Virus record (IMG/VR): IMGVR_UViG_3300028399_000005
Coordinates: 1 to 64,000 of that record
Strand: one strand, 5' to 3'
Length of the DNA stretch: 64,000 nt
Origin: a virus
Positions within the stretch are counted from its first letter, which is position 1; each line of letters opens with the position of its first letter. A program made the translations under genes and the position numbers. Below are positions 39,310-49,190 of this stretch, one piece after another. The notes below the pieces were generated by a model, which was not told the DNA's origin, searched no databases, and saw only the letters and a program-made list of their open reading frames with translations.

Positions 39310-40233
39310 CTACTCTGCCAAAGAAGAAGGATTAGAAGGAGGCAACATGGCTGTGATCTGTGTCGGGGGCAACGTAGCGCCGTTCACGATCTCGCTGTTG
39401 GCCCAGAAACGGATATTGTTAATAGTTTCTTTTTCTTCGTACACAACACCTATAAAATTGAATTCTGGCGCGACAATGGTCTTCAACGCACCTTCTACGT
39501 ATGGTGCCCGTATGAATTCGGAATATGCTATTGGGGGGAAACCAGCGCTTTCACCGAGTTGCTTGAGCTCGCCTGTAGTAACGGTGTGGGCGACTACGTC
39601 GTTTCTGAGGATGCTCTCTTGCGTGATGTTGTAATCCGCGCCGAGAGAGATCTGCCCCTTGAAATCAACACCCAAGATTAGGTTCGCGTTCTTGTTTGGG
39701 AGCCAGGGACTGAAGTCGGCGGACACAACCTCAAAGACGAACCATGGGAATCTCTCGTAAATAGACCTTGGGAGAAGAAATGGTTCTATACGAGTTTGCG
39801 AGAACTTGCTCGGGCGTAGGTCTTCGACGGAGCGCAACGCAACAATGATGTAGCGGTCGGGGCGTTCCGCGTCCGAGATCTTCAAGAATCCTTCTTTTTC
39901 CACTGCGAACTCAATGATCTCTGCGTCCCGCATCGCTTTCTTGAAGAAATCGTAGGCGTCGCTGGTCTTGAAGGCGATGTCTATGCAGTCCCCTTCGAGG
40001 GAGCTGGGATCTTCGGGGGCGTCGAGCTCTATCGGGAACTCGAGGGTCTCGGCGACTTCTTGCGGGGCGAAACCCAAGAGCAAGAGATCCACAAGGTTTG
40101 CGTTCGTCGCGAGGATACCGTTCTTCGTGAGCTTTAGGAGCAACACGGGGTCTCCGATCCTCAAGAACGCCTCGGTTGTGTTGTAGGGTAGCGAGAACCG
40201 CAACCCTTCCAGGGAGAGTTCTTGTTCTATCAT
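39310..40233 (-). CDS. probable divergent PCNA-like sliding clamp
   Basis: LKLTKNGILATNANLVDLLLL and FFKKAMRDAEIIEFAVEKEGFLKI echo PCNA segments; RFC genes are present. Confidence 0.5.
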   Translation of the reverse strand: MIEQELSLEGLRFSLPYNTTEAFLRIGDPVLLLKLTKNGILATNANLVDLLLLGFAPQEVAETLEFPIELDAPEDPSSLEGDCIDIAFKTSDAYDFFKKAMRDAEIIEFAVEKEGFLKISDAERPDRYIIVALRSVEDLRPSKFSQTRIEPFLLPRSIYERFPWFVFEVVSADFSPWLPNKNANLILGVDFKGQISLGADYNITQESILRNDVVAHTVTTGELKQLGESAGFPPIAYSEFIRAPYVEGALKTIVAPEFNFIGVVYEEKETINNIRFWANSEIVNGATLPPTQITAMLPPSNPSSLAE

Positions 40234-40343
40234 GCGTTTTGTTCTTCCGAGGGGAGAAATAAAAACGCAACGTCCCGTTATAACGAAGAGACCGAGCGAT
40301 AAAAAGGAAAGGCGGGGAAGGGAGCTCGTCGGCGAGGGTGCGA

Positions 40344-40901
40344 TCAATCGAGTGGCTCAAGGTAGTAGTCCACAACGTGCCCCCCGCTCGGGGTGGCGTT
40401 GTAGCCTACCTTGACAGCATCGGGGTTTTGCGGGGCATTGATGACGGTCTTGTGCGATGTGAACTTCGAGCGGTACGGCTTGATAACGTAGTGCGGAGCG
40501 TCATTTTCGTCGGCGAATCTTGGCTCTCGGACGGAGATGACGGTAACAACGTCGTCGTCGGCAGGCTCTGGCTTGTAGGCGAGGACTTGGTTCTCGCTCA
40601 TTCTCGTGCTCGAACAGACGGTGCTGAGTACTTGCGCTTTCTTGGTGTAGCTTAGGCGGACTTGTTGGTTCACGTAGATCGTTACGGGCACGGCTTCCCC
40701 GCGCATCAGTGCTTCGACTATGCTTTCGTCCTCAAATTTGAAGACTGGCCCAGCTCTGACGGCATAGCCTTGTTTTACATAGTACTTGTTCCCGCTCGCT
40801 TTGACGAGCTCGAGCGACGGGTCGAGCGATAAGACGCAATCGACCCTTCGTTTGGTTCTCTTTGTTTGTTTGGTTCGATTTCTTACTTCATCTATGTTCA
40901 T
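40344..40901 (-). CDS. hypothetical protein
   Basis: ATGA-coupled operon gene. Confidence 0.7.
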   Translation of the reverse strand: MNIDEVRNRTKQTKRTKRRVDCVLSLDPSLELVKASGNKYYVKQGYAVRAGPVFKFEDESIVEALMRGEAVPVTIYVNQQVRLSYTKKAQVLSTVCSSTRMSENQVLAYKPEPADDDVVTVISVREPRFADENDAPHYVIKPYRSKFTSHKTVINAPQNPDAVKVGYNATPSGGHVVDYYLEPLD

Positions 40902-41161
40902 TCTTTACCACCTTTTTCTTTTTCCTTGACGAGTTCGTCCGCTTGTTTGATGAAACGGCGGAGTTTCTCGTCGACAGAAGCGTAATACTCGAGTGTTTCT
41001 CTCGAGATTTCGTACGCCTCGTTGGCGTCATCGTTGAGGCTTGCAATAGCCTCGCCGATCTCTTCCTCTGTACCATAAATGTAGTACAGAGTGGCGTCGC
41101 TGAGGACGATCTTGCCGTCCTCAATGGGGTGCTTGCATAGGAACGCTAGTCGTTTACTCAT
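40898..41161 (-). CDS. hypothetical protein
   Basis: AGGTGA RBS before ATG 41161. Confidence 0.65.
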   Translation of the reverse strand: MSKRLAFLCKHPIEDGKIVLSDATLYYIYGTEEEIGEAIASLNDDANEAYEISRETLEYYASVDEKLRRFIKQADELVKEKEKGGKE

Positions 41162-41187
41162 TTTCGACTCACCTTTCCGCTCTATCT

Positions 41188-41751
41188 CTAAAACTTGAAA
41201 TAATAGAGGTAGAGGTTGTTCGTCATGGGCACGTGCACGTTTCGGAAGAACACGCGCAAGAACCGCTCGGTTACTCGCGTGCTCATCCCGAGGTGCAACG
41301 CGATGTTCCTTCTCGTGGGGACTCCGTCGAACGACCGAACCCTTTCGAGAAGGCTCACAAAGAAGCCAGGGGACATGCTGGCTGTTGCATGCTCCTTGAT
41401 GGCTTCGATGATCATTTTCTTCCGCCCAGAGTAATTGATTGTAAAAACTCTGGGAGAAAGTTGGTAGTAGCGTGGGTTGTTGCGTAGCATCTTCTTGGCG
41501 GTTACGTGGCTGACTCCCTTCTTCTTCGCGTACCAACTTGCGGAGAAAACGAAGATAGAAGGGATAGAGTGGATCGTCTCGTTGCAGACCTCTGCCCAGC
41601 GGATCTTGAGGTACTGAGCTGAGAGGTAGAACGAACGCGGTATTGTTGAGTAGAAGACCCTATACTGCCTGTTTTTTACTTTTATCGTTTTCACGGGCTC
41701 GCGGTGGCGCTTGTACGCCAGAGTCTGTTTTTCGTCTCGTGGTATGATCAT
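41188..41751 (-). CDS. basic protein with C-terminal HTH (class I promoter)
   Basis: TRRNIALHLGMSTRVTERFL; leaderless start. Confidence 0.65.
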   Translation of the reverse strand: MIIPRDEKQTLAYKRHREPVKTIKVKNRQYRVFYSTIPRSFYLSAQYLKIRWAEVCNETIHSIPSIFVFSASWYAKKKGVSHVTAKKMLRNNPRYYQLSPRVFTINYSGRKKMIIEAIKEHATASMSPGFFVSLLERVRSFDGVPTRRNIALHLGMSTRVTERFLRVFFRNVHVPMTNNLYLYYFKF

Positions 41752-41862
41752 CAATTACATTATTACACATTGTATTATTTAAAGGTTGTGGTAATAAGAT
41801 GTTGTCCGCCCGTCGTTATAACGGTTCTTCAATCTTTTATTATCGGCGGCGAAAAGATACCC

Positions 41863-43842
41863 ATGAACGAACAAGACGAATCATTCGACCCAGAGAAAGT
41901 AGTAGCGAAAATTCTCGATCTTGCGCCGAAAACAGTCCTCATCATGGGAAAGATCGGCGAGGACGAAAGAAAGGCGCTTGAGCGCCACATCAAGGAAGAA
42001 TTCAAGAAGAGCGCCGAAAAGGAGAACGCCCACGCAGAACTACTCGGTTTCGCGGACTACTACGGACGGCACCAAAAATACGAAAAAACGAAGAAAGCAT
42101 TCGGCGACCGAATCGTCGAAGCCCTTGACAGAATCGCAACAAACCAAATAGTCGACATTCTCGAAGTGTACCGCCCATTGTTGCTCTCGAAATATTACAA
42201 CTTTACGCACTTGAACAAAAAAATAGACGGGAGGATCGCAGACATTCTCGTCCCCACGAATTTCGAGCGAGTCTTTCTATCTACACTGTTCGTCGGCGAA
42301 ATAACGCACTTGGCAACAGGCGCCGAGCTCGTGGGGAGTATTTCCCGTCCAGACCTCGAATTCAAGGCGAAAGAAAGCGATTTCGACGTTCGGGCGTTTT
42401 CCACGCACGAACTCACGTTCGCAACGGCGGTCGGTTTCACGCTCGAAAAAGTGTTCAAGCGTTTGCTCGCACGCGTTACGCAAACGGCGTATGAGAACGA
42501 CGTGCCAAACGTCGTGGCGACCGTTGATCGGTTCGTAGCGTCGATTAAAGGACGAGAACTCTTGCTCGAGCTCGTCGAAGACCCTGGCTTCGACTTGCAA
42601 GTGCGGGAATGGGAGAGCCTCGGAATGCTCGATGAGTCAGTCATCGATCCTCGAGAAGCCGTCCGCGAGCACGCCCTTCAAGAACCGACGGCGTCTTTCC
42701 GAACGTTGTTCTTGCCCTTCGACTCAAGGTTTTTCTCCCGCGAGAACAAACAACGCATGCTCGACCTCTTCGAGCATGATAAAGACGGTGCTGTCCTCGT
42801 CGGCGATAGCTACGTGGCCTTGCGCGTGCTTGCGGATGACGCTACCATTAACAAGAGCTTCGTCCAGACCATTTTCATCGATCCGCCGTTCAACAAGCCG
42901 AACGAGGCGAACTACAAGTATAGCGTCAAGATCGGCGACGACGTCTGGATTGCCATGCTCCGCTCAAGGCTTCGGCTCGCAAGGGAGCTCTTGCACGAGA
43001 CGGGCTCGATCTTCGTTCGATGCGACTATGAGGGCTCTCACTACGTCCACCTTCTTCTCGACGAGATTTTCGGCAAGAAGAATTTCCGCAACGAAATCGT
43101 CGTCAAGCGCTCGAACCGCATCAAGAGCCCGACGTCTCGCTTCTTGTCGTGGCACGACGTTGTGTTCTTCTATGCGAAAAGAGCGGACAGAGCTTTTTTC
43201 AAAGAGCTTGTCGTCGATGAAGAGGCACGCAATGGCTGGCGGGGAATGGACATGCCAGGCGATTCTTACGAGGTCGTCCCCTCGGGGCTCGAGTCATTAT
43301 TCGAGCCGTGGATGCTTGAGAAAGACTCTTATGAACAGACAGTTACTCGTGCGAGGCTGTTCTTCGGAAAACCTATCATGCCCCCGCCAGGGCGCAGATT
43401 CCCTTCCCAAGCAAAAATCAACGAAGAGATCGAGAAGGGCAATATTCGCTTTTCTCGCTCGGGGCGCCCGTTGATCCGCAAGCGTGGCTACAAGGTGCTT
43501 ACCGACGATTGGACGGACATTTTCGGCTACAAGAACCGCTTCGGGTTCACGACGGAGAACAGCGAGGAACTGCTACGACGCGTGATCATGGCAACTTCGA
43601 AGGAAGAGGACGTTGTGCTCGACTTTTTCGCTGGTAGCGGGACGACCCTTGCCGTGGCGCACAAGCTCGGGCGAAAATGGGTCGGCGTAGAAATCAACGA
43701 CCACGCTTTCGAGGTGCTCATCCCCCGCATGAAGAAAGTGCTGTTCTACGACGAAGGAGAGATCAGCTCGTTGAAAGAAGTCAGAGAAAAATACAACAAA
43801 CGCCGAGCTGGCGGGGTCTTCTACTATTACTCTTATGAATAG
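41863..43842 (+). CDS. large adenine methyltransferase (type III Mod-like, beta class)
   Basis: IDPPFN, DEIFGKKNFRNEI, VLDFFAGSGTT; no Res gene adjacent. Confidence 0.9.
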   Translation: MNEQDESFDPEKVVAKILDLAPKTVLIMGKIGEDERKALERHIKEEFKKSAEKENAHAELLGFADYYGRHQKYEKTKKAFGDRIVEALDRIATNQIVDILEVYRPLLLSKYYNFTHLNKKIDGRIADILVPTNFERVFLSTLFVGEITHLATGAELVGSISRPDLEFKAKESDFDVRAFSTHELTFATAVGFTLEKVFKRLLARVTQTAYENDVPNVVATVDRFVASIKGRELLLELVEDPGFDLQVREWESLGMLDESVIDPREAVREHALQEPTASFRTLFLPFDSRFFSRENKQRMLDLFEHDKDGAVLVGDSYVALRVLADDATINKSFVQTIFIDPPFNKPNEANYKYSVKIGDDVWIAMLRSRLRLARELLHETGSIFVRCDYEGSHYVHLLLDEIFGKKNFRNEIVVKRSNRIKSPTSRFLSWHDVVFFYAKRADRAFFKELVVDEEARNGWRGMDMPGDSYEVVPSGLESLFEPWMLEKDSYEQTVTRARLFFGKPIMPPPGRRFPSQAKINEEIEKGNIRFSRSGRPLIRKRGYKVLTDDWTDIFGYKNRFGFTTENSEELLRRVIMATSKEEDVVLDFFAGSGTTLAVAHKLGRKWVGVEINDHAFEVLIPRMKKVLFYDEGEISSLKEVREKYNKRRAGGVFYYYSYE

Positions 43843-44600
43843 CGCTTTTTGGGTTTGCCGACCACTCGGTCTCGCCATAAAAACAGCCCGCTCGTTTCCT
43901 TGCTCCCGAAGTGGTTGAACTCGCTGTCGAAAAACGTCGAGAGACGGGCGTTCTCCCATCCACCGTTGATTCTGGCGAGCTTTTCATAGACGGACGGCAC
44001 GGGGACATCGTGCTCGACAATGTAGGCCCAGACGTCTTTCGCCGTCCACTCGGCGATCGGGAACGCCGTGTCCGTGAACCCGCTCTTTTTCGGTTCTATC
44101 CACGTTCCCGTGCGTCGCTTCGCCTCGGCGATCCGCGCTCGGCGCTTCTGGGACTCTTGGGATCGTAGACCGAGGAAACAGACGTCCCAGCCGTGGCGTT
44201 TCACGGCTTCCGACAAACGGGGGAAAAACGGCGATTTAGCGATGTGTGATTCTCTTGCGGACGGTTTATCGCCCCCAGGCCTTTTCTCGTAACTATGGCG
44301 AGAAAAAGGGGCAATCTGGTCAATTCCTTGCAAGATCTCTTTCTCGATCCAACGGGGGATCAACCATTCGCCGTAGTCCCAGTGGCGAACCCAGACGTCC
44401 CTCTTGTACTGGACGACGAGATGGAGCATCGCCATGGAGTCCTTCCCGCCAGAGACGGCGACATAGGGGTTTTGATAGCTCGCCAAGACTCGGCGAATGA
44501 ACGAGCGGGACGTGGCTACCTTGCGCCGATACTCCGACGTGTTCGTGTGTAGGAGAAAGCCAGCGATGACGGGTTTCGGCATGAATTTGGACGGTTTCAT
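43833..44600 (-). CDS. cysH: CysH/PAPS-reductase-like protein of a type IV-B CRISPR locus
   Basis: PP-loop VSGGKDS, GLRSQES, PIAEWTAKDVWAY; ATG at 44600 overlaps the csf3 stop. Confidence 0.88.
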   Translation of the reverse strand: MKPSKFMPKPVIAGFLLHTNTSEYRRKVATSRSFIRRVLASYQNPYVAVSGGKDSMAMLHLVVQYKRDVWVRHWDYGEWLIPRWIEKEILQGIDQIAPFSRHSYEKRPGGDKPSARESHIAKSPFFPRLSEAVKRHGWDVCFLGLRSQESQKRRARIAEAKRRTGTWIEPKKSGFTDTAFPIAEWTAKDVWAYIVEHDVPVPSVYEKLARINGGWENARLSTFFDSEFNHFGSKETSGLFLWRDRVVGKPKKRYS

Positions 44601-45391
44601 TGCGCAAGACCTATTTTTTGCTTTACTTGGGCGGAGAGCTCGCACTTTGCGCCGACGGGGACGCACGCGTCGATGTTTCGTCTGTCCCAGTACGGCGGTT
44701 TCCAGGCGAGGTAGGCGAAGTCGTCGTATTCGTCGCAGTAGCGCGTCGGGATGGGTCGTAGCGCTTCTTTTGTTTTCGGGTTCCAGAAGCTCGCCTTGTC
44801 GGGGTTTGGCTTGATCTCGACATGGCTGACTTCGCCGAAGCCGTAGGCGGTCTTTTTCCCGAGCCCCGTAACGTGTGCTATGAGCGATAGCAAGGAGTAG
44901 GGCTTCGCCTCGACGAAGACGTCGGCGTATCGGGCGGAAATGTAGGGGATTCTGATCGAGTAGTTCTTGAACGTCCCAGAGCCGAGGCTGATCTTGCTCT
45001 TCTTCCCGCCGATCTTGTGGGCGTCTGGCTCGTGGAAGCGTTTGTAAACATACTCGATGTTCGCCCGCTCCTCGACGTTGATGAGCTTCCCGTCGGCGTC
45101 CTTGAATAGGATGACAGAGGAGTGATAGAAGTACGTTTGGCGGATTGGCATGGGCAACGCTCGGACGCGCTTTCCGAGGGGGTCGTTCGAGGGGAGCATG
45201 TAGTAGTCTTGCCCGAGGGTGAGGCGGAGCAACATGTGCGCCACGAGCCCGTCGAAGTTGATCCACGGGTGCGTGATCATGACGGGCGCTTTCAAGTGGA
45301 ACCGCACGAGGACGTGCGCCCACTCTTCGCCTTTGAGCGTGGCGTAGTACTCCGTCGGCGTGTCCGCGAGCAAGTATTGCCGTAGGAACAT
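44597..45391 (-). CDS. csf3: type IV Cas5-like subunit
   Basis: FDGLVA, Gly loop GLGKKTAYGFG, RPIP, PPYW. Confidence 0.85.
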   Translation of the reverse strand: MFLRQYLLADTPTEYYATLKGEEWAHVLVRFHLKAPVMITHPWINFDGLVAHMLLRLTLGQDYYMLPSNDPLGKRVRALPMPIRQTYFYHSSVILFKDADGKLINVEERANIEYVYKRFHEPDAHKIGGKKSKISLGSGTFKNYSIRIPYISARYADVFVEAKPYSLLSLIAHVTGLGKKTAYGFGEVSHVEIKPNPDKASFWNPKTKEALRPIPTRYCDEYDDFAYLAWKPPYWDRRNIDACVPVGAKCELSAQVKQKIGLAQ

Positions 45392-45395
45392 AGCG

Positions 45396-46286
45396 TCATC
45401 CCTTCTTCTTGAACGATGAGAAATCGATTTTCTGGGCATCAATCGCCTGCAAGAGCGCCAAGATGTCGTCTTGATTTTCTTCGACGAATCTTAGATACGT
45501 TTCTTCTTTTCCGAGTGCGCTCAAGGCAGTCTTGTCGTAGTCTGGACGCAACGCGCCGAGCCCGATGCTTGACTTCCCGCCGACGTAGCAATTGTTCTCC
45601 CAGATTCGGAACGCTCTTCGGAAGAACGCTTCTTCGACGGGCGTGGGGTCTTCGAGGACGAAAGCGTGCGTCAGCCTCGTGCCAGGGATCAAGACCTCGT
45701 ATTCGACGAGCATTTGTTGTGCTTGTTCGCCTTCGTCCCGCTCGGCTCTGAGCTCGTCTTTGCGGGTCTGGTAAGTGTCGCTCATGAGCTCGTGGAAACT
45801 GAATTCGGCGCCCCTAACCGTTGAAGGGTCGAACGTGATCCCTTCGAGCTCCTTGCAGATCGGGAAAGCGTTCATGACCTTGAGCTTTCCCGTGAACGCT
45901 TGGTTGAGGAAGGACGAGCCGAAAACACTAATGGGGGGCAAGAGGTATCGGATGGTCTTCCTCGCTTCGAGGTTGAGCGTCCCGCTGTCCTTCGAGGACA
46001 CTTTCTCGAGGTTCCCGCCCGAGTAGAAAAAGTGGTAGAGTCTGGCGGTCTCGAATCGGTGTCTTTGGCCCTCTCTGTAGCCCACGAGGTCGAGGAAGTC
46101 CTTCATGACGAGGCGTCGCAGGCGCCCTCTGATTGCATTTCCGCTGATGTAGGGCACTTCTTGGATCCCCTTGTTCGTGATCATTTCGATTCTTCGGAAC
46201 CCGATCGTGGATCCCGTTTTTTCGTTCCCGCCGTGGTGGACGGGGGAAAGAGCTGTCAATATTCCGCTGATTTTAATTGTCTTCAT
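45396..46286 (-). CDS. csf2: type IV Cas7-like backbone subunit
   Basis: ALSPVHHG, VPYISGNAIRGRLRR, SVFG, GGKSSIGLG. Confidence 0.9.
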   Translation of the reverse strand: MKTIKISGILTALSPVHHGGNEKTGSTIGFRRIEMITNKGIQEVPYISGNAIRGRLRRLVMKDFLDLVGYREGQRHRFETARLYHFFYSGGNLEKVSSKDSGTLNLEARKTIRYLLPPISVFGSSFLNQAFTGKLKVMNAFPICKELEGITFDPSTVRGAEFSFHELMSDTYQTRKDELRAERDEGEQAQQMLVEYEVLIPGTRLTHAFVLEDPTPVEEAFFRRAFRIWENNCYVGGKSSIGLGALRPDYDKTALSALGKEETYLRFVEENQDDILALLQAIDAQKIDFSSFKKKG

Positions 46287-46312
46287 TCTTTTTTTCTCAA
46301 CTCCTTTTGTTC

Positions 46313-46648
46313 TTACTTTTCATGGCACGAGCAATAGCAACCGAAGGCTTTGTAGCTCACGTTGCATCGCTCGGTGCATCTTCTGTCCGAGTGATGGCGA
46401 AACTCGAACTTTTTCTTGAGCGTCCACTTGACCTTTCTCGGCGAGTAGCCTACCGAGAAAAGCCCTTCGTGGGTCTTTTCTGTGGCAACGATCTCTTGGA
46501 AAAGCTCGTATTTCTCGAGCTCGCCGACGAGCGAGGAGACAACTTCCCGCAAGCGGTTCGTGATCTCGCTCGCCACGATTTGGGCGAGGAATACAAGATC
46601 GTCCCGTGATTCTTCGCCGTGCATTGTTTCTTCCGTTTCTTCCGTCAT
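46313..46648 (-). CDS. hypothetical protein inside the csf operon
   Basis: ATGA-coupled to the cas11-like gene; C-terminal Cys/His cluster. Confidence 0.6.
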   Translation of the reverse strand: MTEETEETMHGEESRDDLVFLAQIVASEITNRLREVVSSLVGELEKYELFQEIVATEKTHEGLFSVGYSPRKVKWTLKKKFEFRHHSDRRCTERCNVSYKAFGCYCSCHEK

Positions 46649-47073
46649 TCTTCATCATCCTTTGCTTTTCGTTGCTTTTCCTTCCGCTTCTCGCGTAGCA
46701 ACTGCGAGTATCTTCGAGCGAGCATCACGCAGAGCTGGGACTCCGTGCGGACGGTGTCGAGGAACTCGTCGGCGTATTTCTCCGCCTCGAGGATGAGCTC
46801 TGGCTCATCATGGAGCGCTTGGATGCTCAGCTGGTTGCAGAGCTTGTTCACGAACTTTGCAACGGTCGGCTTGCGGGAAGAGTTCTTGATTCTGTGCTCG
46901 AAAATGTCCGTGGCGATCTTGGACGTGCTCATCTGGTGCCAGTTCACTTGGTAGTAGACCCTTCCGAGAAGGGCGGAGATGAGCTCGTACACTCGCTTTT
47001 TTCTTGGCGAGACCCACGAGAGGTCTTGGCCTGGCAATATTTCTTCGAGGCTAAAAGTAGATTTCTGCGCCAT
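46645..47073 (-). CDS. cas11: type IV-B small subunit (Cas11-like)
   Basis: Helical 142 aa between csf1 and csf2; FVNKLCNQLSI. Confidence 0.65.
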   Translation of the reverse strand: MAQKSTFSLEEILPGQDLSWVSPRKKRVYELISALLGRVYYQVNWHQMSTSKIATDIFEHRIKNSSRKPTVAKFVNKLCNQLSIQALHDEPELILEAEKYADEFLDTVRTESQLCVMLARRYSQLLREKRKEKQRKAKDDEE

Positions 47074-47824
47074 AGACTTCGCCTTCTTCTTCTTTCTTTC
47101 GTTTTTTCGATTGCTTCTCGGGCTTCTTAGTATCTTTGCGGAGCGTCTTCATGGTCGTGAGCTTCTTCGGCGTATCCGTGCACTTGACGACGAGCTCCCA
47201 GGCGGGGTTCCCCGCGAACTTCTTCGCCTCGTAGTAGTGCTGTATCGCCCCGACCTCGACGAGCGTCTCGATGATCGAGCTGTTGGTCTCGAGCGTTTCG
47301 AGGCGCTTCTTCCCGAAAAATGGCATGAGCGCGTCGACGAGTCCCGTGATTTTCTCGTAGCTTCGTGGCGTGAACCGTGCGACGTCTTCTTCGAAGATCA
47401 CGACGAATCTGTTGATTGACCCCTCGTTCGACGGCGTGTTGATGGCGAACGGGTTCACGATCCATCCGTGCTTCTTGAAGCTCTTCGTTACGAAGATTGC
47501 GAAGGGCTCGTTTCGAGCGAGCGCTTCGGTGAGGACGTCCCGAAACTCGTTGAACTTGAACGCCTTGAACCTTGCGGGGGAAACAACCCAGTTCGTTTTT
47601 CGGACTGTCGCTTCTTTGAGCGCCCCCGCACAAAAAACGCAGAGCCCGTGGCCCGCTTTCAAGTGCTGGAATCCCGTGAAATTGCCCGAGACTACTCTCT
47701 TGATGTCCACGAGCTCGTCGACGGTCTCCATGCAAATATAGCACCTACCGTGGTGCTTTTCGCCCGAGATTGGCTCGATCATTTTTGCTTGTGCGAGCAG
47801 GCGTGGTATTGTGAGAATCATCAA
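47051..47824 (-). CDS. csf1: type IV large subunit (Cas8-like)
   Basis: N-terminal CYIC...LCVFC Zn finger, PFAIF...KKHGW; first gene of the operon. Confidence 0.8.
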   Translation of the reverse strand: MMILTIPRLLAQAKMIEPISGEKHHGRCYICMETVDELVDIKRVVSGNFTGFQHLKAGHGLCVFCAGALKEATVRKTNWVVSPARFKAFKFNEFRDVLTEALARNEPFAIFVTKSFKKHGWIVNPFAINTPSNEGSINRFVVIFEEDVARFTPRSYEKITGLVDALMPFFGKKRLETLETNSSIIETLVEVGAIQHYYEAKKFAGNPAWELVVKCTDTPKKLTTMKTLRKDTKKPEKQSKKRKKEEEGEVYGAEIYF

Positions 47825-48158
47825 GCAATCGACGATTTATCGAGAATCGCTGTATAATAGCCTTGCTCGCCGTTATAACGATACTTTTCTTTCTTTAGGT
47901 GAACTTGTTATAACGAGGCGAAAATCGTTTAAGAATCGGGCGGAAAACATACAAATATGAAGATCGAAAAACTATCAAGATACTTTAGAAAAACAGAAGC
48001 GCGCCAGAGACCCATGAGCGGTTTTCAGAAGCACGTTCGCGCGTTCCGTCGTTTCCGATTTCGTGCGGTCATGTCTTCATAGGCGAAGTAGGCAAAGAAA
48101 GGAAAAAAGGGCGGAGCAGAGCTCCGAAAGGCAAAGGCGGAGAGGAAGCGGTAGGCGC

Positions 48159-48290
48159 TCAGAGCTCGAGGTTGTCGAAGAATTCGCTAAATAAGACCGC
48201 TAAGAGCTCATCGTCGAACTCTGACAGCGCCTTCGCTTCGTAAAGCTTTGAAGAATTGTCGTCTTTTGAGAAGTTGTCGTTCTCGCTCAT
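48159..48290 (-). CDS. 43-aa acidic peptide (leader cassette 1)
   Basis: ATG after class I promoter and structured leader. Confidence 0.6.
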   Translation of the reverse strand: MSENDNFSKDDNSSKLYEAKALSEFDDELLAVLFSEFFDNLEL

Positions 48291-48344
48291 GGTACATCCC
48301 TGTCGTCGGGCGGGTCTCCTTCCCCCTTGCGGGGGTAACCCACC
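48291..48344 (-). promoter_or_regulatory. conserved structured 5' leader, copy 1
   Basis: GGTGGGT-TA-CCCCC-GCAA-GGGGG-AAGGAG-ACCCGCC-CGACGAC. Confidence 0.75.
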
Positions 48345-48550
48345 AATATAATATAGGAAGGAGAAATATAAAAAGGTTGTGGTAAAGGTAATCAATATGT
48401 TTGTATTTTTCTGATAAAAAATAAGAGAAACTTGGCAGGCGGTTTATTACAAAAAAATGACAAAAAATAGCGCGACGGAAGCGGTAGCAAAGAAAGAAAA
48501 GAAGGGGCGAAGCAAAGCTCCGCAAAGTTAGGAAGGCAAAGTTGAAGGGC

Positions 48551-48958
48551 TTATAAGTCCAGTTTTCTACCGTATGCTTCGAGGAGCGCCGTAAGCTCCA
48601 AATCTATTAGGCCTCTCTCATTTGAGAGGAAGCCCAATAGATTCAAGGTATGGCGGGCGTCTAAGAAGTCGTCCACCTTCGATCGGAAGGCGATCCGAAG
48701 GAAGGTATAGACGATGTGGTAGGCGAGGTCTCGGGCGGTCATGCCCTTCGTCTCATAGACCGCTTGTGCGAGCTCGAAGGCTCTCACAATGGTCTCGTTC
48801 ATCTCGGCTTCGAACTCTTCTGGATTCATGCGTTGCGATAGCGCAGACGCAATGAAGTCCTGGAAGAGCCCGTCTATTTCGTTCAAAGCGTGCTCGTCTA
48901 TCGGGGCGTCGCCCGATAATGGACGGACACGCTTAGCGTCGAACGTTTCGTCTGCCAT
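48551..48958 (-). CDS. acidic helical protein (leader cassette 2)
   Basis: ATG after class I promoter and structured leader. Confidence 0.75.
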   Translation of the reverse strand: MADETFDAKRVRPLSGDAPIDEHALNEIDGLFQDFIASALSQRMNPEEFEAEMNETIVRAFELAQAVYETKGMTARDLAYHIVYTFLRIAFRSKVDDFLDARHTLNLLGFLSNERGLIDLELTALLEAYGRKLDL

Positions 48959-49013
48959 AGTCCATCTCTCCGTCGTCGGGTGGTGTTCCTTCCCCGCATG
49001 GGGGTGCACCACC
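48959..49013 (-). promoter_or_regulatory. conserved structured 5' leader, copy 2
   Basis: GGTGGTG-CA-CCCC-CATGC-GGGG-AAGGAA-CACCACC-CGACGAC. Confidence 0.75.
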
Positions 49014-49094
49014 AATATAATATAGGAAGTGGTAATATATAAACTTTGTGGGAAATTGGTAGATAATTGCACTCTAAAAGTGTTGCGAGGAGCA

Positions 49095-49190
49095 AGAAAA
49101 CGAATCTCGCCTGTCCGCCCGCTGGGGGTGGCGGGTGTTTACGTCAATCAAACGTCTATTCTTTTAGACAAGCGACTGATTGGGGTACTA
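49095..49190 (-). ncRNA. candidate pseudoknotted small RNA
   Basis: TATA-like element ~25 nt upstream; CAATCAG/TTGATTG, TCGCTTGTC/GACAGGCGA and CCCGC/GCGGG pairings. Confidence 0.4.

Noticed and set aside
44601-45323. N-terminal extension of the 496-aa cysH ORF
   Set aside because: Arg-rich off-frame read of csf3; the ATGA overlap places the start at 44600
48291-48344. Leader hairpin as an archaeal SECIS element
   Set aside because: The purine-rich bulge is on the 3' side, opposite to the Methanococcus-type GAA/A arrangement, and the ORFs have no in-frame UGA
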